From positions 32,487 through 96,486 of IMG/VR virus record IMGVR_UViG_3300005821_000002: a stretch of 64,000 nt of DNA. One strand, written 5' to 3'. Below the pieces are notes generated by a model, which was given only the letters and a program-made list of their open reading frames with translations, was not told the origin of the DNA and searched no databases. Shown here piece by piece: positions 31,939 through 43,033 of the stretch (position 1 is the first letter of the stretch; each line of letters begins with the position of its first letter). This DNA comes from a virus. The translations under genes were made by a program, and so were the position numbers.

Positions 31939-33154
31939 AAGGGATGGTTGCAGGATAGATGGGAGTAAGTTAGAAACAGTTCTGGATTTTGGTAGTCTTT
32001 ATCCATCAAATTTTGTGGATGAAAATAATTCCAGAGTGACAGTACCACTTGTGCTTTGTAAAGGGTCTGTATCAAACTTGGTACAACTAAAACATACTAT
32101 GGATAGAGATATACTTTATAGAAACTACTGGTATAGATCAGAACTTAACCCAGCTATGGTGAAATCGTTGAAAGATGTTGTTACACAAGTACAATATAAG
32201 ACGAAACTATTCGCAGGTGATATAGTTGTGGACATCGGAGCTAATGACGGAACCATGTTAGCCATGTTTCCAAAGTATGCAGTAACAGTTGGTTTTGATC
32301 CTGCAAATAATCTAAAAGGTATAGCGAGCACTCGTTGTACACATTTTATCAATGATTATTTCACAGCAGATAACTACCCACTGAAAGAGAAGGCAAAGAT
32401 AGTAACAAGTATAGCAATGTTCTATGATTTGGAAGACCCTAATACATTTGTAAAAGATGTCAAAAAGATTTTAGCTAAGAATGGAATTTGGGTAATACAG
32501 TTAACTGATCTATTGTCTATGATGAAAATAAATGCCTTCGATAATATTGTACATGAACATTTAGAATACTACTCCCTTGAAGTTCTCGGTGAGTTGATGA
32601 AGATGCATGATTTACATATCTTCGATGTGACATATAACAGTGTTAACGGTAGAAGTATAAGAGTGTACGTAGGACATGCCGGAGTTAGACTGACATCAAA
32701 TAGAGTTCTTGATGCATTTAGACGAGAGCGTGAGTACATGTCATCATTCGATAATCCGTGGATAGCCTTTACTGAGCGGGTAGAGAAGATAAAAGAGTCC
32801 GTGATGAACTTTATCCATGATGAAGTTGATAATGGAAAAATTATATATGGTATGGGAGCATCAACAAAGGGTAACACATTACTACAATACTTTGGTCTGA
32901 CGGCTAATGAAATTATTGCGATTGCAGAGGTAAACAAGGACAAATATGGATTGAAGACAGTTGGTACAGGTATACCAATTATTCCTGAAACTGAGGCTTT
33001 AGTAGTACGTCCAGATTATTTTCTAGTTTTACCGTGGCACTTCATTAATGATTTTGTGGAAAGGAATCAAGATTACTTAGATGCTGGTGGAGGTTTCATA
33101 GTTCCATGTCCAGAACCAGCGGTTATAACAAAGGATGGAAAGAAATTACTATGA
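31925..33154 (+). CDS. NDP-hexose C-methyltransferase
   Basis: DIGANDG, HEHLEYYS, GASTKGNTLLQ, LVLPWHF. Confidence 0.88.
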   Translation: MNYIERDGCRIDGSKLETVLDFGSLYPSNFVDENNSRVTVPLVLCKGSVSNLVQLKHTMDRDILYRNYWYRSELNPAMVKSLKDVVTQVQYKTKLFAGDIVVDIGANDGTMLAMFPKYAVTVGFDPANNLKGIASTRCTHFINDYFTADNYPLKEKAKIVTSIAMFYDLEDPNTFVKDVKKILAKNGIWVIQLTDLLSMMKINAFDNIVHEHLEYYSLEVLGELMKMHDLHIFDVTYNSVNGRSIRVYVGHAGVRLTSNRVLDAFRREREYMSSFDNPWIAFTERVEKIKESVMNFIHDEVDNGKIIYGMGASTKGNTLLQYFGLTANEIIAIAEVNKDKYGLKTVGTGIPIIPETEALVVRPDYFLVLPWHFINDFVERNQDYLDAGGGFIVPCPEPAVITKDGKKLL

Positions 33155-34083
33155 GGGTTTTAGTAGTAAATCATTCAGAACAGTCTTGTGGCGTTTGGCA
33201 ATTTGGTAAGCGTTTCCATACTCTAGCAGAAAGATCAAAAAAGTTTGAGTATATTTACAGGGAAATAGATTCCTTACAACAGCTTAAAGCTACTATAGAT
33301 GAATTGAAGCCAAAGTTAATTATCTATAACTGGTATCCTGTAACAATGACATGGTTATCAGAAGAATGGGTAGCTAAGCAGATCGAATTCAAGCAGTTTT
33401 TTATCTTTCATGATGGTTTTGTAAGGAAGCATTATGATGGCTATCTATTCACAGGAGCGGGGGAGAAAGACCCAGAGGCTAGGCGGATTTATTTGGAGAA
33501 GTCATTTGTATTACCACGTCCTCTGTTTGAATATGAAAATACCTATGAAAAGAATGAAATACCACACATAGGAAGTTTTGGACTTGGTGGTTGGCATAAA
33601 GGTTTTCCGGACTTGGTTACTATGGTAACTAATACTTTTGACAAGGCTGTACTGAATATTCATATGCCAACGGCTACGTTTGGAGATGCACAAGGTATGG
33701 AGGCGAGAAAGATTGCTAACATGTGTAGGGAACTCAATACCGATCCAGATATACAACTAAATTTGACACATGATCTCCTATCAAATGAAGGTGTTCTAGA
33801 TTTCTTAGCTAAAAATGATTTGAATGCTTTTCTTTATTCTGCATCAAATGAGGGTCTCTCAAGCGTTATAGACTATGCTCTATCTGTACAAAGACCAATA
33901 GCTATTACGAATGATATGATGTTCAGACATTTTGCAAATGATGAGATCATAATTAGTGAAAATAATTCGTTGATTGATATTTTGAATAGAGGTACTAAAC
34001 CTTTAGAAAAATTTTACGAGATGTGGAACGTGGGTAGGTTTGTAGAGGAGTTGGATAATGTCATTGAATCGAATATTAACTGA
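33151..34083 (+). CDS. glycosyltransferase (GT-B, GT4-like)
   Basis: CGVWQFG, IGSFG...KG, GLSSVIDYALS..RPIA. Confidence 0.7.
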   Translation: MRVLVVNHSEQSCGVWQFGKRFHTLAERSKKFEYIYREIDSLQQLKATIDELKPKLIIYNWYPVTMTWLSEEWVAKQIEFKQFFIFHDGFVRKHYDGYLFTGAGEKDPEARRIYLEKSFVLPRPLFEYENTYEKNEIPHIGSFGLGGWHKGFPDLVTMVTNTFDKAVLNIHMPTATFGDAQGMEARKIANMCRELNTDPDIQLNLTHDLLSNEGVLDFLAKNDLNAFLYSASNEGLSSVIDYALSVQRPIAITNDMMFRHFANDEIIISENNSLIDILNRGTKPLEKFYEMWNVGRFVEELDNVIESNIN

Positions 34084-34717
34084 TGTAGATAGGAAGAATC
34101 TTGAACCACTCATAGAGAAAATGTTTGAGCTATGTCCTGAAACCATGAGCAGAAAAATTCCACAGGCTAATGTTCAACAAGCTTTTGCATTAGATTATAT
34201 AATAAAATTACTGGCTTTTTTTGATGGTCTGAGTATGTTATGTGTAGGGTCTTTCGAGGATACTGTATCAGAATCTTTGGAACAAACGGGTTACGACGTA
34301 GTAAATATAGACCCCGCCATAAATATGGATTTGACAACATTTCGTAAGTCAACAGATCAGAAGTTCGATGTTATCTTTTCAGTTTCTGTGATAGAACATG
34401 TTAAAGACGACGAAGAATTTATAGATGATATATGCAATCTTTTGGAGGATGGAGGAATCGCTATACTAACTTGTGATTTCAAAGATGATTACAAAACTGG
34501 CGACCCCCTACCTGCCACAGATGTACGATTTTATACTAAGAAGGATTTGACAGAGCGATTACCAAAGATATTAGAAAAAAATGATTGTTCTTTATTTGAT
34601 GAACCTCACTTAGAAGAACCACCAAATTTTCTGTATCAAGGACATACATACAGCTTTGCAACATTTGTTTTTATGAAGCATTTTGTAAAGGAAAAGGATA
34701 GCAAAGATGGAAATTGA
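34058..34717 (+). CDS. class I SAM-dependent methyltransferase
   Basis: LCVGS, FDVIFSVSVIEHV, LEDGG. Confidence 0.8.
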   Translation: MSLNRILTDVDRKNLEPLIEKMFELCPETMSRKIPQANVQQAFALDYIIKLLAFFDGLSMLCVGSFEDTVSESLEQTGYDVVNIDPAINMDLTTFRKSTDQKFDVIFSVSVIEHVKDDEEFIDDICNLLEDGGIAILTCDFKDDYKTGDPLPATDVRFYTKKDLTERLPKILEKNDCSLFDEPHLEEPPNFLYQGHTYSFATFVFMKHFVKEKDSKDGN

Positions 34718-34937
34718 CAAAAAAAGTATAGGAGTTCTCGTTGATGAGTTGATTACTACAAGTCTGAAATGTTGGTTTGCACAAGAAGTAGTAATGAGTT
34801 CAGAAGATGAGAAAGAGTTGGCTAAAGCAGCAAAGCAAGCACAACTCATGAATGCAAGAAGAAACTCTTTAATCAGAGCTATAGATACAAGATTGGGAGA
34901 GGAAAATATTTCTCCGACAGGTAAGACGTATGGATAA
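34707..34937 (+). CDS. small helical protein of glycan clusters (DUF4254-like)
   Basis: SIGVLVDEL...NARRNSLIRAID. Confidence 0.55.
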   Translation: MEIDKKSIGVLVDELITTSLKCWFAQEVVMSSEDEKELAKAAKQAQLMNARRNSLIRAIDTRLGEENISPTGKTYG

Positions 34938-35796
34938 AAAGGTTATATTTTACAATCACTTTGGGAATGGAGATATCTTTGAATCCAGAGAATTCGTGAA
35001 AGAATACATGGAGAAGATACCGGCAGATAATTATTACTATGCACATGGGAAGGACCCAAAGATTCTTGCTGACATGACAGAACTCCAGTTTATGGATGTT
35101 ACTGACACTATGAATGCAATGAAGGCAGTCCTAGTAACAGATAATGAAATCTATATCAACACTTGGATAGGAAGAGACGGAAGATATGTACTTCCAGGAA
35201 TAGGATGTGTAGTTGAAAGTCTATATTACATGCACAATGAGATACTTAGTATTTTAGGTCTTGAACCATTAAAGAAAGAAATGATAGAGTATGTCCCTAG
35301 TATAGATTATTCTTATTATGAAATAGATAAAATAGATGAATTTTTGAACAAGAACACTAATAGAAAAGTTCTTATTTCAAATGGTCCAGTACAGTCGTGT
35401 CAGGCAGAGAATTTTGATTTCACTGAACCAATAAGAATGGTAGCAGAAACATTTCTAGATATTACATTTTTGGTAACAAGCCCCGCTTATATAAAAATGG
35501 ACAATGTAGTCTATACAAGTGATCTGATACAGGCTGGGTTTGATCTGAATGAAATTTCTTATTTGAGTTTGTTCTGTGATACACACATAGGAAGAAATTC
35601 TGGACCACACGTGTTTGCACAAGTAAGAGAGAATTGGGATGATAATAATAAAATTACACTATCATTTACATATAAAAAGATAGCATCACATTTTATATAT
35701 AAACTACCAACTAATATGAGAAAGCGGTGGTCAGGAGCAACGGATGAAATTGAGGTATATAATGCTATGGCTCAAGCTATAAGGAGAGGACAATGA
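34930..35796 (+). CDS. putative glycosyltransferase (GT9-like)
   Basis: GNGD N-motif; IGRNSGPH C-motif. Confidence 0.65.
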   Translation: MDKKVIFYNHFGNGDIFESREFVKEYMEKIPADNYYYAHGKDPKILADMTELQFMDVTDTMNAMKAVLVTDNEIYINTWIGRDGRYVLPGIGCVVESLYYMHNEILSILGLEPLKKEMIEYVPSIDYSYYEIDKIDEFLNKNTNRKVLISNGPVQSCQAENFDFTEPIRMVAETFLDITFLVTSPAYIKMDNVVYTSDLIQAGFDLNEISYLSLFCDTHIGRNSGPHVFAQVRENWDDNNKITLSFTYKKIASHFIYKLPTNMRKRWSGATDEIEVYNAMAQAIRRGQ

Positions 35797-36698
35797 GTAC
35801 ACTAATAGGAATAGTTACATTTGGTAATTTCGAATTTACCAAATTAACGGTAAGGGGTATAAGAGAAACCACAAAAAATTCTTATGATTTATTTGCTGTA
35901 GTAGGTAAACCAGAAGATATAGAAACAAAAGAGTGGTTAGAAGAGGAAGGGATACCACATGTGGTACATGATTATAATTATGGATTTCCATACTCTGTAA
36001 ATGATATGTATGACTATGCGTGGAAAGAAAATGATTATGATAACTTGATAATAATTGGAAATGATGTTATACCATATCCATACGCCATAGATTCTTTAAT
36101 CGAGGTAGCTGAGACTACGGATTACGATTGGATTTGTGCTAGACAACTAGATGTTAAGACTTTAGTAAAGGTATGGCCTGAGACACAACAGTATTTTGAA
36201 GGGGGAAATTTTAAATTTGAAAGATTTGATACACGTCCTTGGGAAGTTGAGTCTGGTTACAAAAAGGAGATTGAAATTAATGGTACTCCGATGAGTGATG
36301 TCCATAATTTAGCATTATTCAAAAGAAGTGTGTTTGACAAAATAGGGTATATTGATGTGAACTTTTATCCTGCATACTATGAAGATAATGACTATGTTAG
36401 ACGTGGACTTCTCTCTGATGTGAAATCTTGTACTGTCAATAATGCAATATACTTTCACTTCTGGAGTAGAACTATTCATCAAGGTTCAGGTGGTTCGAAC
36501 CACATGTTCTTTAATCTGAATAGAAACTTCTATATAAACAAGTGGGGCGGGGATTTTTCACATGAGATATATGAAATACCATTCGACGGTAAGGAATATA
36601 CCCTAGCACCGGAACTTGTTTTACAACCTGTATTATTTCTAAAAGACAGGTCACAAGAACAAGACATAGCTAGATTTTGGAAAAGAAAAGGTAGTTAA
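35793..36698 (+). CDS. glycosyltransferase family 2
   Basis: NYGF, GNDV, IGYIDVNFYPAYYEDNDY, H. Confidence 0.85.
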   Translation: MSTLIGIVTFGNFEFTKLTVRGIRETTKNSYDLFAVVGKPEDIETKEWLEEEGIPHVVHDYNYGFPYSVNDMYDYAWKENDYDNLIIIGNDVIPYPYAIDSLIEVAETTDYDWICARQLDVKTLVKVWPETQQYFEGGNFKFERFDTRPWEVESGYKKEIEINGTPMSDVHNLALFKRSVFDKIGYIDVNFYPAYYEDNDYVRRGLLSDVKSCTVNNAIYFHFWSRTIHQGSGGSNHMFFNLNRNFYINKWGGDFSHEIYEIPFDGKEYTLAPELVLQPVLFLKDRSQEQDIARFWKRKGS

Positions 36699-38251
36699 TG
36701 GCGCTCACAGAAAAAGTAACACGGGAAGATTTGATACTGTATGAATTGATACGCCATCCAGTAATGTGTGGGGAGTTCTACAGACAGATGGATATCCCAG
36801 ACTGGAAAGAAGAAACTTGGGAATATTCTTCGTATCAAATTGAATATTTAGCTGACTTTGGAAACTATGTTTCACTGTGTTGTGGTCGTGCTGTTGGTAA
36901 GACTGTAACACTTACAGACTACATCTTATGGATTTTGCTAAATGAATTATATGGTAATGAATATATAGTTTACACAGTACCAAGTAAGGTACACCTTGAG
37001 CCTGTATTCTTCAGTCTTATCAAAGTGTTGAGAAATAATCCTTTATTACAACATTATATTCAACCCAGGGCTGGAATTAATTCATCAAACCATACTATTA
37101 AGTTGATGAATGGCGCTCAACTACTATGCCGAATTGCAGGACAAAGCGGTACTGGTGCAAATGTTATCGGTCTACATACACCAGTAATTATTCTGGATGA
37201 GGCAGGTTACTATCCTTGGGGAACTTGGATGGAGTTACAACCCGTACTAAACTCTTGGCAGGATGGGCACAAGTTGTTTGTTTCAGGTGTTCCAACAGGA
37301 TTACGAGAAAACAACGTTTTATATTACGCTGATGAAGTTGATGATAAGTTTAATCATCATAGAACATCAGCACATGAAAATCCTCGCTATACTGAGACTG
37401 ACGAACATAGAAATTTGAAACAATATGGCGGTACAGACAGCGAAGATTACATTCATTTAGTTCTTGGAAGACATGGTGCACCTACATTTGCGGTATTTGA
37501 TAGACGTCTAATGGAAGTAGATACCTACCCTGTTTACAAGGTAAAGATGAATGGAACCGAAAACAGTTATGGCGAAATGATTAATAAATTAGCGTTATTA
37601 CCTAAGATTTTGGACGACAAAGTAGACCTAAAAATCATGGGAATTGACACTGGTTATACAGAACCTACTGCAATTGTGATATTATATGAGAAGAAGGGAG
37701 TACTGAAATTCCACGCCCGTATTCAAATGACAAAAGTGGAATATCAGGTACAAGAAAAACTAATAGATTTCTTGGATACACACTTCGGCAATCCAGAGGT
37801 AATAGGTGTTGACGCTGGTAATGAACAAGGTTTAGTTCACCACCTGATGAATGATGATGCTTTCATTCACAAGAACTACAAGAAGCGAATGTATTCTGTA
37901 AAGTTTGGTTCTTGGTTAGAGCTTGGTGAGACACCTGATGGTGAGGTAATAAAGTCTAAGACAAAACCATTTTCGGTTAGTTTATTACAAGAGTATTCGA
38001 ATTCACATAAGATTGTATACTCTTCAACGGATATGGAATTAATCACCGAGATGGAGCGAATGACATATACCAAGACCCCTACAGGGGATGTGGTGTATAG
38101 AACTCTAACTCCTAGAGGTGGAAAACGAGGAGAAGACCACTTTACTGCGGCACTGCTTTGTGGAGTACTAACTTATTACATGATGATTGATGGTCGTCTG
38201 TTTTCTAAGCCACAAGTAAAATTAGCAACTGCACGGTGGGTGAGAGGATAA
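36698..38251 (+). CDS. terminase large subunit
   Basis: Walker A GRAVGKT, Walker B IILDEAG, nuclease GIDTG and DH. Confidence 0.9.
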   Translation: MALTEKVTREDLILYELIRHPVMCGEFYRQMDIPDWKEETWEYSSYQIEYLADFGNYVSLCCGRAVGKTVTLTDYILWILLNELYGNEYIVYTVPSKVHLEPVFFSLIKVLRNNPLLQHYIQPRAGINSSNHTIKLMNGAQLLCRIAGQSGTGANVIGLHTPVIILDEAGYYPWGTWMELQPVLNSWQDGHKLFVSGVPTGLRENNVLYYADEVDDKFNHHRTSAHENPRYTETDEHRNLKQYGGTDSEDYIHLVLGRHGAPTFAVFDRRLMEVDTYPVYKVKMNGTENSYGEMINKLALLPKILDDKVDLKIMGIDTGYTEPTAIVILYEKKGVLKFHARIQMTKVEYQVQEKLIDFLDTHFGNPEVIGVDAGNEQGLVHHLMNDDAFIHKNYKKRMYSVKFGSWLELGETPDGEVIKSKTKPFSVSLLQEYSNSHKIVYSSTDMELITEMERMTYTKTPTGDVVYRTLTPRGGKRGEDHFTAALLCGVLTYYMMIDGRLFSKPQVKLATARWVRG

Positions 38252-38255
38252 TAAT

Positions 38256-39758
38256 ATGGCTAATGATGAAAGTGTAAAGGATGAAAATGTAAAGGATGAA
38301 AGTGTAAAAAGACTAGCGAAAGCGTCCTTTGCAATTTATCCATCAATGACTCAAACCATGACATCAAACCCTTGGATTGGGACAGTGGACAAGCTATCTT
38401 TTGATAACCACGCTACGTATGAAAAAGTTGTTAGGGATTGTAGATTTTATTTTAGACATGACCCACTAGCATCAACGGTTATTAATAAGTTAGTGGATAT
38501 TGCAATAAATGACTTGGTTATCGAACCAGAGGGGTCTATCACGGTTACAGAACAATCAATCTTTAACTCTCTTAGTGAAGATTTGATAGATTTTCTACGA
38601 AAGGCTGCTTTTGAATATTTGATTACCGGATTGTTAGTTCCAGAAATAAAATTAACTAGAATAAATAAAGTGGCGTTGCGTGATAAATACATCAAGAGAA
38701 TTACAAGTTTACTATATCCCACAAGCATGTGGATTCGTGACTCTAAAGACATTGAAATAAAACGACCTTTGATTACTGAAAAGGAATCATATTTCTTAAA
38801 GATTCCAGAAGAAGTTGTTATCTTTCTACAAAGTGGCGGTACATATGCTGATGGTGATAAAGATATTGAACTATACAGAGAAATAGTAAAGATGTACCCT
38901 GAGTTTGTTAGAGATGTTATAGAGAGTAATAAGTACAAGATTTTATTGGAAAACCCATTGGTTATAAAAGCCATAGCATTAGCAGATAGTGCTTATCCAA
39001 TTCCTTATTTATATCCGGCTCTTGAAGCATTGAAACACAAAAGAAATCTTCGAAGAATGGATTATTCAGTAGCTGCCAGAGTTATAAGTGCTATTCTACA
39101 TGTAACTGTTGGTAACGATGATTATCCATTGACAGAAGATCAAGAGGATGTTTTGACAGCGTTGGAAGAAAAATTCAAGTGGAGAGAGAACCTTTCAGTT
39201 GATGAAATCGAAAGAGTGTTTGCATTTTTCACTAACCACACTGTAGGACTTGAATGGATATTCCCAGAAGTTGATACACTCTTGGATGATAAGAAATATG
39301 AGACAGTAAATCAGGATATATTGGTTGCGTTAGGATTTCCCAGAATTCTAATTACAGGAGAGACAGAACGCTCGTTTGCATCTGATCCACAGATTGCTAC
39401 GTTATCACCAATTCATACAATGGAGAAGATTCAGAAGAAACTACTACCCATTGCTAAGAAAGTATTTTTTGAGATGCGTCGTCATAATCGTGTGATAAGT
39501 AATGTCCCAAGAGTTTCATTCAAGCCTATCAACTTGATGAGTTTACAATTGTTCTATGATGGTCTACAGACTCTATATGAATCTGGTAACCTGTCTAGAG
39601 CATCATATACAAAATCATATGGTTTCGATTACAGAACCGAAATGTTACAACGTGCTGAGAATGAAGAATTGATTGAAGAATTAGACCTTGACCCTGTTGC
39701 ACCATCAAATGTACCAGGTGCCGGTGATCCTGGACGACCAACAGAACCACCAGAATAA
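38256..39758 (+). CDS. portal protein
   Basis: 500 aa directly after terminase; helical; GRP C-tail. Confidence 0.8.
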   Translation: MANDESVKDENVKDESVKRLAKASFAIYPSMTQTMTSNPWIGTVDKLSFDNHATYEKVVRDCRFYFRHDPLASTVINKLVDIAINDLVIEPEGSITVTEQSIFNSLSEDLIDFLRKAAFEYLITGLLVPEIKLTRINKVALRDKYIKRITSLLYPTSMWIRDSKDIEIKRPLITEKESYFLKIPEEVVIFLQSGGTYADGDKDIELYREIVKMYPEFVRDVIESNKYKILLENPLVIKAIALADSAYPIPYLYPALEALKHKRNLRRMDYSVAARVISAILHVTVGNDDYPLTEDQEDVLTALEEKFKWRENLSVDEIERVFAFFTNHTVGLEWIFPEVDTLLDDKKYETVNQDILVALGFPRILITGETERSFASDPQIATLSPIHTMEKIQKKLLPIAKKVFFEMRRHNRVISNVPRVSFKPINLMSLQLFYDGLQTLYESGNLSRASYTKSYGFDYRTEMLQRAENEELIEELDLDPVAPSNVPGAGDPGRPTEPPE

Positions 39759-39833
39759 TATCATTGGTGAAGCATTGTACCAATGAGAAAAGCTAAAAAA
39801 GGTCAAAAATGGTAAAAAGAGGGCTAAATTACG

Positions 39834-40904
39834 ATGAAAACTATCAACATAATCGCAAATGATGTACAATTAATGTTAGAGGATGAGAAATTAGGCGAAG
39901 CTGTTGCCTCAATCTCTCTGAATCCGAATGTTACTTGGCTAAAAATGGTCATTACTGATGACAAACCCAACGCCAATAACATGCGAATTCCTAAAGAGGA
40001 GTTTGCAAGTGTCATAAATACAGCAGTATATATGCCATTAAAGATGGCTATGGGTGAGATTAGTGAAGGACATGAAGAAACCTTACCGATTGGTTCTATA
40101 GCCCATCTTACCAATGAAGGAGATCACGTAATAGCTTTAGCTGCATTATGGAACAGGGAGCGTCCTGAAGATATAGAGATTCTGAAAGAACGCTATGAAA
40201 ACGGAAAGAACATTGATGTTTCGTGGGAGCTAAACTTTGACGTAACTGCTTCAGTTGAAAACGATGATGGAATTTTAGAACTAAAAAACGTAGAGATGAA
40301 TGCGGTGACAATTGTAGGACTACCCTCATATGAAGGTAGGACCGGAGTTACTGCGTTAGCATCCAAAGAAGATGAAGGAGAATCGGAAGCTATGGATACA
40401 ATTAAGCGAGAAGATCACGACAAAATCGTTAAAACCTTTGAAGAAAAAGAGAAAGATTTTGAGATAAAATTGTCTGAAGCTTCAACCCGTATTGAAGAGC
40501 TAGAGGTTGCGAATGAAGCGCTTGCATCTGCTAAGGCAGAACTTGATGAAATGAAACCCAAGTTTGATGAGCTAGAAACGTTCAAGACCGCGGCCGACGC
40601 TGTAAAAGAGCGTGAAGAGAAACTTGTTAGTATTCGTACTAAGTTTGCAGAAGCAGGCATTGAAGTAACTGATGAATACATGGAAGAGCGTGAGGAAACT
40701 CTGCTTGGCATGGAAGAAGCATCATTAGATTTCTTCATTCAGGAACTAGTTTCCTTCAAGACGAAAGAAGATGATGACGATGATGAAGCTAACGCTTCAA
40801 TAAATCTCACATCAAAGGTACCTGACTTAAAGAGAAAGTCAGAAAAAGATGTTGAGCCCGATGACATCGTAGCAGCGCTACGAGAACTAGACACAAAGAA
40901 ATAA
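39834..40904 (+). CDS. prohead protease/scaffold
   Basis: PNANN...H...VSWE protease-like N-domain; acidic coiled-coil C-half. Confidence 0.75.
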   Translation: MKTINIIANDVQLMLEDEKLGEAVASISLNPNVTWLKMVITDDKPNANNMRIPKEEFASVINTAVYMPLKMAMGEISEGHEETLPIGSIAHLTNEGDHVIALAALWNRERPEDIEILKERYENGKNIDVSWELNFDVTASVENDDGILELKNVEMNAVTIVGLPSYEGRTGVTALASKEDEGESEAMDTIKREDHDKIVKTFEEKEKDFEIKLSEASTRIEELEVANEALASAKAELDEMKPKFDELETFKTAADAVKEREEKLVSIRTKFAEAGIEVTDEYMEEREETLLGMEEASLDFFIQELVSFKTKEDDDDDEANASINLTSKVPDLKRKSEKDVEPDDIVAALRELDTKK

Positions 40905-40934
40905 GCCAAAGGGTTCTTTGGAGGAAATTGAGAA

Positions 40935-41510
40935 ATGGAAATTAATAAGTATACCGACATAATGGGAGTAGTAGTTACAGAGGATATTGTCGAAGGCCGT
41001 ATGGTTGTAATGACCTCACATACTTGGGATCACAACTTCGGTTCGAAAGTTGATCTACCTGGTGTAAAACTACCAGCCGATTCAACTGAAGCCGCAATTG
41101 CTAAGTACTGTCTAACATGGCCCGTGAACAATTCCAATGCAGAAGGTCCAATCAAGATGTTTGTTCCTACTCCTAGTTTTGATTGGGCAATGAGAGCCGG
41201 TGGCTGGGATCAATCAGCTAACGTGCCTTTCAGTGCTGTCGTTCATTTGACATATCCTGGACATAAAGAAGGAGTTACAATTCCTTCTGGTTGGCAGGCG
41301 TTGGCATTTGATCGTGGTGTCTTCACTGTCCCATCCGGTGCATTTGTATATTCAGCAGACCTTGTAGCTGGTGCACCTCTGGAAGTTCTGAATACAGCAG
41401 ATGATGGAGCAAGTGAATCAGGGAAATTAGCGTATAACGCAGCCGGAACGATAGCGGTGGTTGAGAGATTCGATTCAGACGAATACTCCCTAACATTTAG
41501 GACTCTATAA
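40935..41510 (+). CDS. capsid decoration/cement protein
   Basis: Position between scaffold and MCP; beta-rich. Confidence 0.6.
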   Translation: MEINKYTDIMGVVVTEDIVEGRMVVMTSHTWDHNFGSKVDLPGVKLPADSTEAAIAKYCLTWPVNNSNAEGPIKMFVPTPSFDWAMRAGGWDQSANVPFSAVVHLTYPGHKEGVTIPSGWQALAFDRGVFTVPSGAFVYSADLVAGAPLEVLNTADDGASESGKLAYNAAGTIAVVERFDSDEYSLTFRTL

Positions 41511-41529
41511 AAAATAAGGAGATAGAAAC

Positions 41530-42438
41530 ATGGATGAGAAGAAATTGGCTTCAGCCGTTGCATCTATGATGACTGATCCACTAAAGCGTGATGCTTTGGC
41601 GGAAATGATTGTGGAATTTGTTCAACCAAACCACTTAACAACGGACTTTATTTCAGGTCTGTTGAGTTCCCGCCGTCTAAAACCAGGTGATTCACTTGTG
41701 AAGAAAGTTCGAAAAGGCATCAAGGTACGCACGTTGGTACCTGGCGCTGTGCATCTAGCTAGTGAGATCACAGTTTCAGAACGTATGAACTACATTCTGG
41801 ACGGAGCAGACGTCAAAGTTACCTACAACCAGTGGGAACTTGAAAGTGGCGAGATTGGTACGATCCAAGAGATTCGTAGCGAGATGGCCGCAAAGCTCAA
41901 TGACTATTACATCAATAAGGTATACACTGCCCTTGGTTCAATTTGGAACGCTTCAAATACCCCAAGTAACTATACTTCTGTTGGTACAGCAATTGATGCT
42001 ACGTCACTCGAAACAGCCATTAATCAGATTAACCAGACAACCTCTGGTGCGAAAGCTATTGTTGGTTCACGTGCAGCCGTAACTCCGATTACGAAGTTTG
42101 GTGCATTCTGGACTGATGGTACAAACGTTGGATATGATCCAAATGATATCCAGGCTATTCGCCAGACCGGTTGGATTGGCCGTTATTACGGTGTTCCGAT
42201 TAAGGTCGTTGAACAGTCATATGACAACCCAGAAGACTACAACAAACTAGTACCCGAAGATTATATCCTTGTAATTGGTGAGGGTGTTGGTGAATTTATT
42301 ACTTACGGCGACGTGAAAACGAAGCAGTGGAGTGATATGAATCCTACGCCACCACAATGGATGCTGGAAATTTATCAGCAATTCGGTATGATTATTGATA
42401 ATGCAATGGGCATTTATATGCTCGATAATTTGTCATAA
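41530..42438 (+). CDS. major capsid protein
   Basis: 302 aa, strong RBS, followed by terminator; head-module position. Confidence 0.8.
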   Translation: MDEKKLASAVASMMTDPLKRDALAEMIVEFVQPNHLTTDFISGLLSSRRLKPGDSLVKKVRKGIKVRTLVPGAVHLASEITVSERMNYILDGADVKVTYNQWELESGEIGTIQEIRSEMAAKLNDYYINKVYTALGSIWNASNTPSNYTSVGTAIDATSLETAINQINQTTSGAKAIVGSRAAVTPITKFGAFWTDGTNVGYDPNDIQAIRQTGWIGRYYGVPIKVVEQSYDNPEDYNKLVPEDYILVIGEGVGEFITYGDVKTKQWSDMNPTPPQWMLEIYQQFGMIIDNAMGIYMLDNLS

Positions 42439-42449
42439 GTTTAGGTTAT

Positions 42450-42474
42450 AGGGGGACGTTAACTCGTCCCCCTT
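42450..42474 (+). terminator. terminator hairpin after major capsid gene
   Basis: AGGGGGACG-TTAACT-CGTCCCCCT-TATT. Confidence 0.75.
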
Positions 42475-42505
42475 ATTGCCTTATAATTAAATAAAGGAGA
42501 GAGAA

Positions 42506-43030
42506 ATGTCTAACACAGATTATGATGTTTTTTCTGCTATGCAGGATGGCGAACCACTGGCAGTATATAAAAAAGGTATTTTGGGAAAGGTTCATGTTGT
42601 TACTCTTAATCCCTTCACGGAGGAAGCGGAAGGGATTATTTTAGAAGGAAATCCAGCTAAAGCTGATGAAATTGAGACACAGATTATTGAACTGTGGACA
42701 AAGAAAGCACAATTGTTTTTTGAACGTATGAATAAAAAACATATTGCGGCTGGACGATTAAGCTTGGTTCAACGAGCAACATTACCAGTAGCAACACCAT
42801 CACCCAATATTATTTCAGACGAGGAAATTGATAAATTATTAAATTCAAAATTCTTGGCACTGAAGGCACGTTTAGATAAATTTACAGACTCAGCTCCTGT
42901 ATTCAGACTTGTAAATAGAGCTAGAGAATTAGAAAAATCAGAAAAGATCATTAAACATATTGAAGAGAGAATTTCACAACTTCAACTAAAGAAGTATGAA
43001 GTACCAAGGATATCAGAAGTCGAGGAATAA
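42506..43030 (+). CDS. hypothetical protein (head module)
   Basis: AAGGAG RBS. Confidence 0.6.
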   Translation: MSNTDYDVFSAMQDGEPLAVYKKGILGKVHVVTLNPFTEEAEGIILEGNPAKADEIETQIIELWTKKAQLFFERMNKKHIAAGRLSLVQRATLPVATPSPNIISDEEIDKLLNSKFLALKARLDKFTDSAPVFRLVNRARELEKSEKIIKHIEERISQLQLKKYEVPRISEVEE

Positions 43031-43033
43031 CAA

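Noticed and set aside
17671-38251. Inteins or group I introns in helicase, polymerase or terminase
   Set aside because: Protein lengths and motif spacing are normal; no splicing motifs or interrupted frames.
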